Assembly (NCBI GenBank): GCA_017654855.1
Contig: CM030334.1
Coordinates: 2,294,001-2,358,000 of the forward strand
Length of the DNA stretch: 64,000 bases
Direction: 5' to 3'
Source: Podospora anserina
Lineage: Eukaryota
Both the position numbers and the translations under genes were made by a program. Of this stretch, positions 1 through 12,306 are shown in pieces (the first letter of the stretch is position 1; each line of letters opens with the position of its first letter). The notes beneath the pieces were generated by a model. The model made no database searches. It was not told where the DNA came from and saw only the letters and a list, made by a program, of their open reading frames with translations.

Positions 1-1
1 T

Positions 2-127
2 TATTGGGGGATGAAAGACTATGGTCACGAGGCGATATTCAGGCGCCAGATTGCCACCTTACAGGACGAAGCCATGGTTATGAATTATGGCAGCCGGGTT
101 ATGCATGGCTGGGAACGTGTTAACTGA
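2..127 (+). CDS. Possible 3' end of a gene entering from the left edge (YWGMKDYGHEAIFRRQIATLQDEAMVMNYGSRVMHGWERVN*)
   Basis: Open frame from the window edge to TGA at 125-127, followed by a T-rich UTR-like tract converging on the next gene. No recognisable motif. Confidence 0.3.
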   Translation, partial: YWGMKDYGHEAIFRRQIATLQDEAMVMNYGSRVMHGWERVN

Positions 128-340
128 TGTATGTTGAATTAGCCTGGGTTGTTTCAGTTGGGGAAGGGCGTTCTCTATGTGAGACCAACGCTTTGATGTT
201 AGTACAATGCAATGTTTGCTTTATATGTGGTGATAGTGCGTCGGTGGTGGTCGTTGTGACTTGTTGTGATAGTTTCCACCTTTTTTTCTTTCATGCTCAT
301 GGGTTCTCTCGGTAGTAGCTCTTTCTGACTAGTGCCAACC

Positions 341-683
341 TCACTCTGCCGCAACGGCCATGCCACTCCTCACGACAAAGTAGCCCCCTCCTCCCACGAT
401 GACCTTTTCGGAGGCGGTTCCCAGCACATCCCACTTCTCGACGTCTCTCTGCTCTTTGGTAGTAGCGTCAACCGTCCTCCTCCTCCTCGGCCGCTTCCAC
501 TTGCCCACCCGTTCCTCGTTGTCGAGGGCTTCCTTGAGTGTGTCGACTGTGATTGCCGATTCGGCGAGGCCTTCTGGGGTCTCGTCACGGATAGAGGATA
601 GGGGTTCGACGTTGGATGTGTTGACTGATTGGAGGTGGGCGAGGAAGTGGAGCTGGGAGTGGAGGTCGGAGAGGATTTTGGAG

Positions 684-717
<34 letters not shown>

Positions 718-1021
718 GAGGTTCTGGGGAGGTTGGTGAGGGGGGAGGAAGGGCGGAGAGTTTGAGGAGGTGGGAGAGTTGGTGTGGGGTTATTGATGGT
801 GTTGATGGTGAGGGTGAGGGGGAAGAGGGGAGGAGGGAGGTGATGGACCAGGTTGGGTTTGAGAGGAGGTTGTCAGGGTCGACTGGGGTGTGAGAGGGGT
901 TTATGGCGGTGGGTTTTTGGGGTAGGGGGGGGGAGGAGGTTGTTGAAAAGGCTGAAGGGGGGTGAGATAGGGGGCGGATTTGGCGGAGGGGTTGCCGGAG
1001 GAGGTGGTGAGGTTTGATCAT
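341..1021 (-). CDS. Mitochondrial glutamyl-tRNA(Gln) amidotransferase subunit C/F-like protein
   Basis: ATG at 1021 starts MIKPHHLLRQPLRQIRPLS (Arg/Ser-rich, acid-free presequence). Core HLLKLSALP...LHSQLHFLAHLQSVNTSNVEPLSSIRDE and C-terminal GGYFVV resemble GatC/Gtf1. Poly-Asn insert. Confidence 0.7.
683..716. repeat. (GTT)n microsatellite encoding poly-Asn in the GatC/F-like gene
   Basis: About 11 tandem GTT units visible directly. Confidence 0.95.
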
Positions 1022-1490
1022 GGTGGTGTGTGTCTTGGTGAGTGGTTTGAAGAATTGGACAGATGGGTTGCTGAGAAATTGTTGTTGCCAAATTTCGGGT
1101 TTGTGAGAAAATATGGGAGCTTGGATAAGTGAACCTTTCGGCCGCGTGTCGTGATGACGAGTTTGGAGTTTTGAGAGTGAAGAAGTGAGCTGTGAAATCA
1201 ATTGAGCGCATGGGCTAACTAATTGCGGGTAGGAGCTAGCTGGATTGGTATAGGGTAGGCTGGCGTCATAGCTCCCTTTTTTAGGCCCGGCCGTTGTTGG
1301 CCTACCGCCACTTGGCCCCGCCTTACCGACCTACACACACTACAGCTCACACTCCTGCGCAACCATTCTTGTCTATCAAAGCCCGAGCAGAAATTGAAAA
1401 TTTGCGACGACGACGACGACGACGACAGCACGAAATCGATACCGCCAGACGATAAATACCAACAAAAGGGGGGAAATACAATAACACAAC

Positions 1491-2543
1491 ATGGCTCTCG
1501 ATCCGCGCGCGTTGGAGGAGAAGGTGCGTTCTACAGTTGGACACGTTGGGCATAAGAGAGGGCACCGCTGATACGGATTACACAAAACAGGCGAAGAAGA
1601 CCCTCGCGGGCGCCTCGGGCGGCTTCAGCTTCTTCAGCGGGAGCAAGGAGGACAAGCTCCAGAATGCGGCGGAGCTGTTTGTCCAGGCGGGAAATGCTTA
1701 CAAGATGGAGGGGAAGAGTGCGTTCCCCTTTCCGTCGCTGTGGAAACGATGGGACTGACATGGAACAGACAAGGAAGCAGGCACCGCATTTGAGCAAGCG
1801 GCCAAGATCCACAGAGACAGGCTGAACGAACCCGACGACGCGGCCAACATTATGGTGGACGCCTTCAAGGTCTATAGAAAAGACAACCCCGAGGACGCGG
1901 TCCGGTGCTTGGGTGTGGCGATTGATCGGTACACGCAGAAAGGAAACTTTAGACGGGCGGCGAGTCACAAGGAGAACGAAGGGGAGGTTCTGGAGGAGGA
2001 GTTGGGGGATCGGAGGAGGGCGATGGAGAGTTATGAGAAGGCTGCACAGTGGTATGAGGGAGATGGGGCGAATGCGTAGGTTTCTGGAATTCAAGCACTT
2101 TATGGGTTGATGCTAACGTGGATGACAGGCTGGCCAACAAGCTCTGGCTCAAGGTGGCGGATATTGCTGCTTTGGAAGGGGATTATCACAGGGCGATTCA
2201 GAACTTTGAAAAGGTGGCTGATTCGTCGCTTGATAACCACTTGATGAAGTACTCGGTCAAGGAGTACTTCTTCAAGGCGGGGATTTGCATTTTGGCGACC
2301 AAGGACTTGGTTAGTGCGCGCCGCAATATCGAGAGGTACAGGGAAAAGGACCCGTCGTTTGGTGGGCAGCGTGAGTTTAAGCTCCTGTCGGCCCTGATTG
2401 AGGCTGTTGAGGCGGGCAACCAGGAGGTGTTTACGGATGAGCTCTATGTGTACGATCAGATGAGCCGGTTGGACAAGTGGAAGACAGAGTTGTTGGTCAA
2501 GATCAAGAACCAGATTGAGGAGGCGGATAACGAGTTCTCGTAG
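1491..2543 (+). CDS. SEC17: Alpha-SNAP vesicular fusion protein; exons ~1491-1523, 1591-1717, 1769-2075, 2129-2543
   Basis: Spliced translation MALDPRALEEKAKKTL...AAELFVQAGNAYK...ANKLWLKVADIAALEG...YSVKEYFFKAGIC...YDQMSRLDKWKT is typical of alpha-SNAP. Three GT-AG introns with branch sites. Confidence 0.95.
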
Positions 2544-2924
2544 AGAGGAGGATGATGAAATGGTGATTGGGGTTTATTGTGGCGTTTGGGGTGGATGGTG
2601 GTATATTTGCTGCTGCTTCGTGGGAGAAGGGCGGGAACCTTTCGAGTACATGATACACTGATGAGATTACTGGTAGCCACGGTGAATTTGATAGAGATTT
2701 TGTTTTACAGAGCAATGAGTGAGAACCTTCCTGGCCTGTCAGACAGACATACATAACCCTGGTGAAGGTAAAGCTCACGATTAACCCTTATCCGCGCACA
2801 AAAATGGTGGGGTCGCTGCGATAACCGATAACACCCAACTTTTTTGAATTGGTCTGAAATTTCTCGAGTTTGACTTGGAGAACCCCGGACTTGCATGCCA
2901 TTGACGACCTCAGAAACCGTCAAA

Positions 2925-5900
2925 ATGGCCTCTCTTACGTTGACGGAGAAACTAGACAAGATCCGGTCGCCAAATCTGCAGAGTCAGAAGCAGGTAGGTT
3001 TTATTCACTAACCAGTCTTGTCTTGAACAGCTTCTTGCAGAGCTGGGGACTGATAAGGGACTGCGAACGGAATACTGACCATGATCCGCAGACCGCCAGC
3101 ATTCTCGAAGGTGTCGAGGCCGCCTTCAAGGAACAAAACACACAACCCACACCAACGGCTTACTTCGCTGCCCTGCTCAGTCTTCTCGACAACAAAACGC
3201 TCGCCCAACCCGTCATCTACCTCCTCGACATTGTCACCCCCTACGCGCCCGAGCCCCTCCTCCGCGCCAAGTTCACCCAGATCCTCGAACTGTTGGCACC
3301 AGTCCTGTCGCAACCCGATGCCGATGCCCCGTTAGTCAGAGCCTCGATTGGTGTTCTTGAGAGTCTGCTGCTTGCTCAGGATGCCGTTGCTTGGGAGCAG
3401 AGCGCCGCCGTCATGGGCCCCCGCCGGGCTGTCGGCGGTCTCTTGAGCTTTTCGCTTGACCCTCGGCCGAAGGTGCGCAAGAGAGGCCAGGAGGCCCTGC
3501 GCAAGATTCTTAGGAGTCCTCCTCCTAGCCCGTCGCTCGACCACCCTGTTGCGCCAATGTGCGCCGAGACTGCCATGATGAGCCTGAAGGCTGTGGCTGA
3601 GAAGGCCGCTCAGTTGAAGAAGGAGAAGAAAGGATCCGAGTCTTCGACTGATCCCGAGCTTATTCACGCTTTGCAGTTGGTCAAGTCTGTTGCTTCGGCT
3701 AGTGGTGGATGGCCGAGCAAGAAGATTGAGTCGCTTTGCGAGCTGTTGCTTGGCATCGCCCGCTCCGGAAACGAGCACATGAGCATGGCGGTGTTTGACA
3801 TCTTCGAGATGATTTTTGAGGGGATGGCTGAGGATGTGGCTTCGTCGAAGCTGCCGAGATTATTGGAGATCATCAAGGAGTTGCGCCCAGCACCAAACGA
3901 TACCCAGCTTCTTCCCGCGTGGATCGCCATTCTCTCGAGAGCGTACGACGTTTCGGCCCAGGTTGAGCCGGAGGAGACGTTCCAGGGGCTTTTGGACCCT
4001 TTCAACTTGGTGGCTTCTTATCTTGAGTCTGAGGCCAAGAACATTCGCATTTCGGCGTCCGAGTGCTTGGTTTCTTTTATGGCCAACTGCGTGCCTGCTT
4101 CGGTTCTTGTTGAGCCATCGATTTACGACGAGAAGGTCATCGGACAGTTGGTCGAGACTGCCGAGAGCCTTTTGACGCTCAAGTATCAGGCTGCTTGGCT
4201 CGAGACGTTCAACGTTCTCGGTGCCATGTTTGACTCGTTGAGGTGGAGGGCGGATCCTTACATGCTCAAGATCACTCAGAGCATTGGTGAGATGCGCGGA
4301 AACGACTCGTTTACTGGCAAGCAGGAGGCGGATGAGGTTCTTGGGAAGGCCATCCGGGCCATGGGTCCTGAGTCTGTCTTGAAGGTCCTCCCCCTGAATC
4401 TTGTCAGACCGGCGAGAGGCCAGCCAGGCAGAGCTTGGCTGCTGCCGCTTCTGCGCGACTACACATCCAACACCAACCTGGCGCACTTCAAGAACGAACT
4501 TGTGCCCGTGAGCGCCGCCATGTTCCAGCGCGTGTTGGACCACGGTGCTGCGCCCAAGACTATGGAGATCAAGATTTTCGAGACTGTTGTTCAACAAATA
4601 TGGTCTATCCTCCCCGGCTACTGCGACTTGCCCCTGGATCTGACTGAGGCTTTCGACAAGACTTTCGCGGAGACGCTTACTACGATTCTTTACGAACAGG
4701 TTGAGTTGCGCCTCGACGTCTGCCGCTCGCTCAAGGCTCTCGTCGAGTCCAACCAGGCTGTTGTCTCGGCCGAGGAAGCCGATCCTGCTCTTGAGAGCAG
4801 AGTCAGCAAGGAGACTGCGGCCAAGAACTTGGGGTACCTTGGTACCACGTTTGCCGCTGACTTCCTCGCCGTTCTCTTCAACGTTTACAGCACCACTCTT
4901 CCTCAGAAGCGTGGCCCTGTTCTTCAGACTATCAACGCCTACCTCAGCATTATCCCTGCTGCCCGCCTGACCGAGACTTTCGATCTTGTTTGCACCAAGC
5001 TTGCCGAGGCTCTCCAGCAGGCCCCTGAGCCCAAGGAGCAGAAGCAGCAGAGGGGCGAGCAGATGCCCTCTACCGCCCACACCCTGATGGATCTCGTTGT
5101 TACCATGTCCATCTACCTCCCCAGAGAAAGCTTCGAGGCCCTTTTCAGAATTGCTGCCCTTGTTGTCTTCAAGGATGACGACCCTCAACTGCAGAAGAAG
5201 GCCTACAAGCTCATCCCACGCCTGGCTGATGCCGAGATTGGCCGTGCTGCCCTTACTCAGAGAAACGAAGAGCTCCAGGCTCTTATCCTGTCCAGCGCTG
5301 AGAAGGTGTCGGCCCCGGCCAGAAGAGAGCGTCTTGCTGCTATTGCTGCCATGCTTCCCTTCGTTCCTGACACCCAGCTTCACTTCATCCCCTCGGTGCT
5401 TTCCGAAGTTGTCATCAGCTGCAAGGAGCAGAACGAGAAGGCCCGCACCATTGCTTTTGACCTCTTGGTTCTTATGGGCCAACGTATGGTCAACTCTCAC
5501 GGTGCTGTCATTGACAACAGCAAGGTCCCCCACATGCCCAAGGACGCCCTTGCCGCTACGGCCTCCGTTGAGGAATTCTTCACCATGGTCAGCGCCGGTC
5601 TTGCCGGTAGCACCCCCCACATGATTTCCGCCTCCATCACCGCCATCACCCGCATCCTCTACGAGTTCCGTGAGACCGTTAGCGAAGCGACCATGTCCGA
5701 CTTGGTCCAGACGATGGATCTCTTTCTCACCTCCAACAACCGCGAGATTGTCAAGTCCGTGCTTGGCTTCGTCAAGGTGTGCATCCTCAGCTTGCCCACC
5801 GAGATGATGCTCCCCCGTCTGGAGACTCTCCTCCCCAACCTGATGGTCTGGAGCCACGAGCACAAGGGCCACTTCCGCGCCAAGGTCAAGCACATCATCG

Positions 5901-6763
5901 AGAGAATGATTCGTCGGTTTGGGGTGGATGTGGTCATGAGGTACTGCCCCGAGGACGACAAGAAGCTTATCACCAACATCCGCAAGACCAAGGAGCGCAG
6001 CAAGAGGAGAAAGGACGCTGCCAAGAACGCGGAGGAGAGCGATGGGGAGGATGATGGGAGGAGGAAGAACAGGTTTGAGAGCGAGTATGACCAAGCGCTG
6101 TATAGCAGCGAGTCGGAGGGTGAGCAGAGTGATGATTCGGATGTGGAGATGACGGGGAGGAAACAGAAGGGTGGGAAGAACAAGGGGGGGAGCGCGTATA
6201 TTTTGGAGGATGAGGATGAGCCGTTGGATCTGCTGGATCGTAACGCGCTGGCGAATATTTCTTCGACGAAGCCGATGAAGCAGAAGGCAAGGGAGAAGAA
6301 GAAGGTGAAGAGGGATATGGATGGGAAGTTGATTTTGGGGCAGGAGGAGGAGGGTGAGGGGATGGATGTTGATATGGGTGGTGGTGGTAATGAGGAAGAG
6401 AGTGGAGTTGGTGCGTACGTGGCTGCGCTGAGGGGCAAGGATGTGCCGATTAGGGGTATGAGGGGTAAGTTGAAGTGGAAGAGGGGGAGGAAGAATGAGG
6501 AGGGGGATGATAGTGATGATGGGATGGATATTGATGAGGGGGCTGCCAAGGCCATTAGGGAGAGGCCGGGGAATCAGAGGGGGAGAGGGGGGGATAGAGG
6601 GAGAGGTGGTGATCGGGGTAGAGGTGGGAGAGGTGGTGGAAGGGGGGGTGGACGTGGTGGACGGGGAGGGATTGCTGCTGGACGGAGGGGGTTGGGGCAG
6701 GATAAGCAGAAGGGTCCGGGTGGGTTTGGTGGTGTGAGGAAGGGTGGGAGAGGGAGGGCGTAG
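2925..6763 (+). CDS. RRP12: Ribosome biogenesis HEAT-repeat protein Rrp12 (NUC173 domain); exons 2925-2993, 3092-6763
   Basis: MASLTLTEKLDKIRSPNLQSQKQ, intron (GTAGGT...CTGAC...CAG), then TPTAYFAALLSLL, GRAWLLPLLRD, LQKKAYK, NREIVKSVLGFVKV and DEPLDLLD motifs; RGG-rich tail. Confidence 0.95.
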
Positions 6764-8660
6764 ATATGATGGAATGGGACTTTTGTAGGTTTTTTTTTTG
6801 ATTTTGGGGCATGTTCATTGCTGGTGTTTAGGTTGAGGAAAAAATAATGAGTTTGAGGTCGAGGTTTTGGGTGACACTGATGCTGGTTCGCCTCACGAAA
6901 TCGACCTGAAAAGTTGGTGGGAAAGCGAACGTGACATAACGGTGTTTGGGTTCTTGCTTTGCATTCCCCCGAGAAGAGTCCCATCACTCGCAGTAATGGC
7001 TGTGCCAACGACATCGAGATGGCGGGTTTTAGGTTCCTTGCCAAGCTAATCCATCAACATGCCGTATTTGCTGATGTTGATGACTTTATCTCGATGGACT
7101 GAATGCTGAAAAACGGAAGAACTGATCGAGGAACGACTAGTTGAAGTCGGATTATACCGCCGTCGTGGATCTCCTCTCCCTCGCCAAGTTCCTCTCCCCA
7201 CACCAACACTTTTTATCAACCTTCGCCATCCTCACCACCCTCAATCCTCTACCCCCTCTCCCACCCCCTCCACGGCCCTTGTTGCGATGCAGGGGGTTAA
7301 GGGTAGTGAAGGGCTCAAGTTTTTTGGAAGAAGACTGGGAGAAGGTGGGGTGGGTGGAAAGGGGCAAGAGGGGGGGGGTTTTCCGGTGGATGACTGGGCC
7401 ACAGAGGAGGTATGGGGAACTGAATGGAAGGAGAGAGGCAGAAGGAAAAGGGGGTTGATGCGGATGGCGAACGAGGAACAGCGACGAGATACCAATGGTG
7501 GAAAATCTGGACAATTCACTGTTTTTATGTGGGTTGTTTGGGTTGGCAATTTTGGCGATGCAGACTCTTGCTGTCTGGGGTAGGAGGGGCAACGGAGGAG
7601 AGGGAGATTGGCGAGGGAGTCGTTGCTAGTCTCGTGGTGGTCGAGTGGGCTGAGGTGTCTTCCGAGTCTAGAATAAGAAGCCCCATGTAAACCGAACATC
7701 TGATCACCCTCTCTCTCTGACTTCGCTCACACCCAATCACACCTCACCATTGATACAATCACATCCTTATTTCCCATCAATCTCATGTACACTACTCAAC
7801 ATCTCTCTTTCTCTGTCTGTTTCTGTCGACTCCTGAATCCTGAAAGTACTGTTTATGTAAACAAGACAAGAAAAACTAAGCTAACAGGAAAAAAAGAAAA
7901 ACTATTCATAACATTTGGTCATAAGATTTGGTCATAAAACAAACAACACACAAACATCCCCCCGCCTTTCTTCTTCCCTCCTCCTTTGGTTTGGTCATAA
8001 AATAGTCGTCATTACTCTCAACCCCCTTCCTGTACACAAACCAGTCGGATACCACACACCGAACCCAACACAAACCTAAAAGCTACCCAACCGCTAAGGG
8101 GAAGGGCCCAATAGGTCCATGAGAGAGGTGACAAGTGAGTACCGCCATGTCCCGACAGAAAAAAGGAGAAAACAAAAAAAGGAAAAACAGGGAAAAGAAA
8201 AAAGAAAGGAAACTATCCGAACAAAAGGCCAAACGAGACAAACAACCTTGCAACAGGCAAGACATATCCTCCTCCCTCCAAGGATAATAAAAACAAACAC
8301 CTGATAAAAACTTTGATCCCCTTTTTTGCTTTTCTTTCCCAACAGAGATGGAAGCAAAAACAAAAAAAGATGACCCAACACCGCCGAAATAAGATAACTC
8401 GAGAGGTATCCGAAACCGACAACTCCAACTCCCCAAAAACTGTTGGCGAAGAGATGATAACGCCAAATAACCCAGGGGGTACCCCATATAGACAATCTTT
8501 TGACACATGTACGCCAAACATTCCCACCCATATATCCCAACAAACAGTCGAGTCCAACATATTTTTCCTTATTCCAAACACACTCCCAGCTCCTCCCCTT
8601 CTTCGGTGTTGCTTGTTGCTTTCCAACCCTTGACTCTTCCACATCAGACACAGCCGCCGT

Positions 8661-10707
8661 TCACCACCCGCTCTGACTAGGATGAACATACACCTCCCCC
8701 CTGTTCTCCTGCCCGCTCCCGCTCATCCCACTCCCCCCACTGACACCGCTAAAACTCCTCCCCCCGCTCCCCCAAGAAAACCCGCTCATCCCGCTATCCC
8801 TATGCTTCCTCTGCTTCCCCATCAAAACCTGCAAACTCTCCCTCTTCACCCTCCTCTCCTCGTCAATGTCCACCACCACCGCCTTGCCCGTGTAGTACGT
8901 CCTCGGAATCTTGGGCACCTTTGGAATCCCCCTATTCGCATCTGGCATAACAACCTCATTCTCCAGCTCCATCTCCAAGCTCCTCCTGATCCGTGGCTGG
9001 TGCCCATGCGAGGTGTAAAACGCCGAGGTAGGCGGGGTGATGTTTCTTCTCGAAGGGGAAGATTCGGTCAGAGTCGCCAACGGCAGGCTGTTACCCCTCT
9101 GATGCAGGACATGATGGTGAGGGTGAGGGTGCGGGTGCGGGTGCGGGTGCGGGTTGGAAACGTGATAGTGAGTCGGGTGAGGCGTGACATAGGGCGCATC
9201 AAGCATCATCTCATCATCGTCATCGTCATAACGGCTAGGTTGCACCATACTCTGCGCGACCTGCGCCGGAATGTTGATCCCCATATCGACATCCTCCTCC
9301 CTCTGAACACTCTGCTGCTGTTGCTGCTGCTGTTCCGCCGGCGGCGTCTTCGGGCCCTTCGTCTTCCTCCTCAACCCACCAAGAAAACTCGTCCTCTCCT
9401 TGTTCTTTTCCTTCTTCTCCTTCGTCAGCTTCCCCGAGACCAAATTCCCAAAACTCATCTTGGACCTCAGCTTCGCCGATTTGCTCGGGCTTTGAGTCGG
9501 CGTCTGCTGCTCCGGGTCCACGACCGTGCTCGTCGTGGTATAAAGCGACGCCCCCCCAAACAAACTAAACCCCGACATCGCCGACGAGGTCGACGGCCTC
9601 GACTTGTGATGGTGATGATGATGATGACCCCCGTAAAAATTCGCTGTCTGCGTCGTAAAGTTCGTCTTGGTCGACGTCCGACTGTTCGACCTCCTCAGCT
9701 TCTTCACCAGCTTCCTAGTCGCAGTCTCCTGCTCCCCGTGAATGTCCTGACTCGGCCTCTTGGTCCCCCGACTCGGACTCGCATCCTCCGAATTCTCCTC
9801 CTCCGGCGGTGGCGGCGGAGGCGCCCTCGTTGGCGCCGCCGGACTCCGAAAGCTCGCAATCGAAGGCGCAGGTCGCAGCTGCTGCTGACTGTTCACGGCA
9901 GCCAACCTATCCGCGAACGACCTCCTATCCCCATTGACATACAAACTACTCGTCGGGCTCGACGGTCCAGAAGGCGACATCATTCCCGTAACCTGCATCT
10001 CCGTCGTCGTCCTCGTCATCGGCGCGCTGGCAGCGTTGCGAAGGGGATGTCTAGTCCCCTTGATAGCATGCGCACTGAAAAACCCCGAAGCCTGCAAACT
10101 CTTGTAACTCGCCAGCACCTCCTCTCTAGAAGGATAACTTGTCCCGTTCGCCGCGCCAGTAACAATACTCGGCGGCTTCACCGGGCTCGCCGGCCTGGAC
10201 GACGACGCCTCCTTCTTTTGCTGTTGCTGTTGTGGTTGTTGTGATTGTTCTGCCTTGGTCACCACCTTCGCCCTCTCCCCATGCCCCCGCCCCTGCCCCT
10301 GCCCCTGCATCATCACCCCCTCCATACTCCCCGAACTCCTACTCCCCCTCAGCTTCTCCCTCACGCCATCCCAAAGCGGCGCCAAAAAACCGCTGCTCTT
10401 TTTCTGTTGCACCTGTCCGTTATACCCGCCACCCCAAACCTGCAAACTGCTCCTCGGCCTCATCAACGGATGCCCACCAAACCCCGACATTGTCGGGCTC
10501 GCAGGAGTGGACATTGTCACTCCTCCCCCGTGATAAGTCGAAGAAGAGGACGACGGAAAATAAAACTGCCTCTCCCACTCCCGTATCTCCTCTTCGGTTT
10601 TATTCCCAGTGATGAATTCCGGCGGGGGCACCGCGCTGACGCGATCGTTCATGCTCCCTTCCAGAAACCTCGACTGTCCCTTTTCGGGAGAGGACCCCCG
10701 GCGGGCG

Positions 10708-10738
<31 letters not shown>

Positions 10739-10913
10739 GGTGTTGTTGGTGGGATTTGCGTTCGGCGAAGGATGGTTGTCGGGGGGTGTGCGATTGTTGC
10801 GATTGCTGTTGTTGTTGCTGTTCTAATTGCGGCCACAGCGATAAACCAGGTGGTGGTGGTGGTGGTGGTGGCATCTCCGCCTGTGTTGGCTGTTGCAAAG
10901 AGGCAATCGCCAT
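8661..10913 (-). CDS. Hypothetical low-complexity (Q/S/P/H-rich) fungal protein, ~750 aa
   Basis: Long intronless ORF from ATG 10913 (MAIASLQQP) with motif-like islands RFLEGSMNDRVSAVPPPEF, YPSREEVLASYKSLQASGFFSAHAI and VMPDANRGIPKVPKIP. Confidence 0.8.
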
Positions 10914-11704
10914 TGTGTCTTGCGTTCGACAGCTCGTTCCCCTCCCCCCCTGAAAACTAGTACATAAACCCACTAAAACACCGTGGCTGGAAAACAAGGT
11001 GAGTGGATAATGTTGGATAAAAAAGGGTGAGGCCCCGTAAAAACCGTGGCGGAGAGGGCGCAATGCGAAATCGTTCGGTTTTGTCGTGGCGCGCGTGGAT
11101 GGATATGCGGTGAAGTAGGTGGAGAGAGAGAGCGCGCGAAACGATGCAAGGCAGCGGGTTATAAAAATCGGGGGGTCGGGGGGAAAGAAAGAAAAAAAAG
11201 GACAACGGTTTTGTTTACTTTCTCTCTCTCTCCCGACTCCCAAGTAGTCGGTAACACTCCACAATCGCGCCAAAACCACGAGGTAGAAGTAATAAAATAT
11301 TCTTTCTCTCTCTCCGACGATGCAGCTTGTTTGACAGAGAGACCAACAACAACAAAAAAACAAAAAAGCGAGAACTGAGGACGGCGAAGCTTGTTATTTT
11401 GGAGCAAGAAGAAGCAGCAGCAGCAGCAGCAGCAAGCAGTACAGAGCAGTAGCGGCAGCACCTCCATTGGACCTGCAGCAAGCTCTCGCAGCCAAAAGCA
11501 AGAAAACGCGACCCGGCAACGGGCTTGACAACGGGACCCCTGCATGGCACAGACCCCGACCCCACAATTCAGCCAATCACCAGCCTCCCTTGCCTTGGTT
11601 GTTCCAAATGAGCATCCTCCTCGAGCGTGACCTCAACCACCTTTTTACCACGCCGTATCACGAGCAACACGTGAAAAAGACGCATTTACAAACACGGTCA
11701 CGGT

Positions 11705-11706
<2 letters not shown>

Positions 11707-11740
<34 letters not shown>
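11707..11740. repeat. (GA)n microsatellite
   Basis: About 17 GA units visible directly. Confidence 0.95.
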
Positions 11741-11743
<3 letters not shown>

Positions 11744-12306
11744 GACGCGCATAAAAATTGATATTCAAACACTGTTCACATATCGCGATTCCCAAATTTC
11801 AAAAAAAAGAAAATATCTGCTGGCCGAATCCCAGGCCTCCCTGCATATAAGATGTATAAGTCCACACTCCCAGCCAAAAAAGGAAATCACAATCTGAACC
11901 TTTGCAACCAGCTTCAACTTTTTGTCGCCTCCCCAACCCACCCACCCACCCACAACAAAACCTCCCAGTAGTCGCTCTAAATGAAGAGTGCCAAAGGAAA
12001 ACAGAGAAAATGAAGGTCGTACGTATGTGTGTCGCCGCGTGCTATGTGCGTTCCAACAGGTATAAAGAAGCAACGGGAAGAAGAAAAAAAGAGTCAAAGG
12101 GAACGTAAAGAACGTCTGTGTCCCTCGAGCAGTCCAGTCCATGGCTCGTTGAAAGCCTGGGTTTCAGATGCCCATCCCATATAGTCGCCCGTATATACAC
12201 TAAAAATCACAAAGAAGATGACCCGCCTGGGCAACAAAACTCCAAACACCTAGCCCAACAGTACGCATCAAACCATCAAGCCATCAAGCAAGGGGTATCT
12301 TGGCTG

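Noticed and set aside
3860..6094. 744-aa antisense ORF within RRP12
   Set aside because: Shadow ORF caused by the biased codon usage of the sense gene; no motifs.
8682..10244. 520-aa + strand Arg/Pro/Leu-rich ORF
   Set aside because: Antisense shadow of the minus-strand gene in a C-rich, stop-poor strand.
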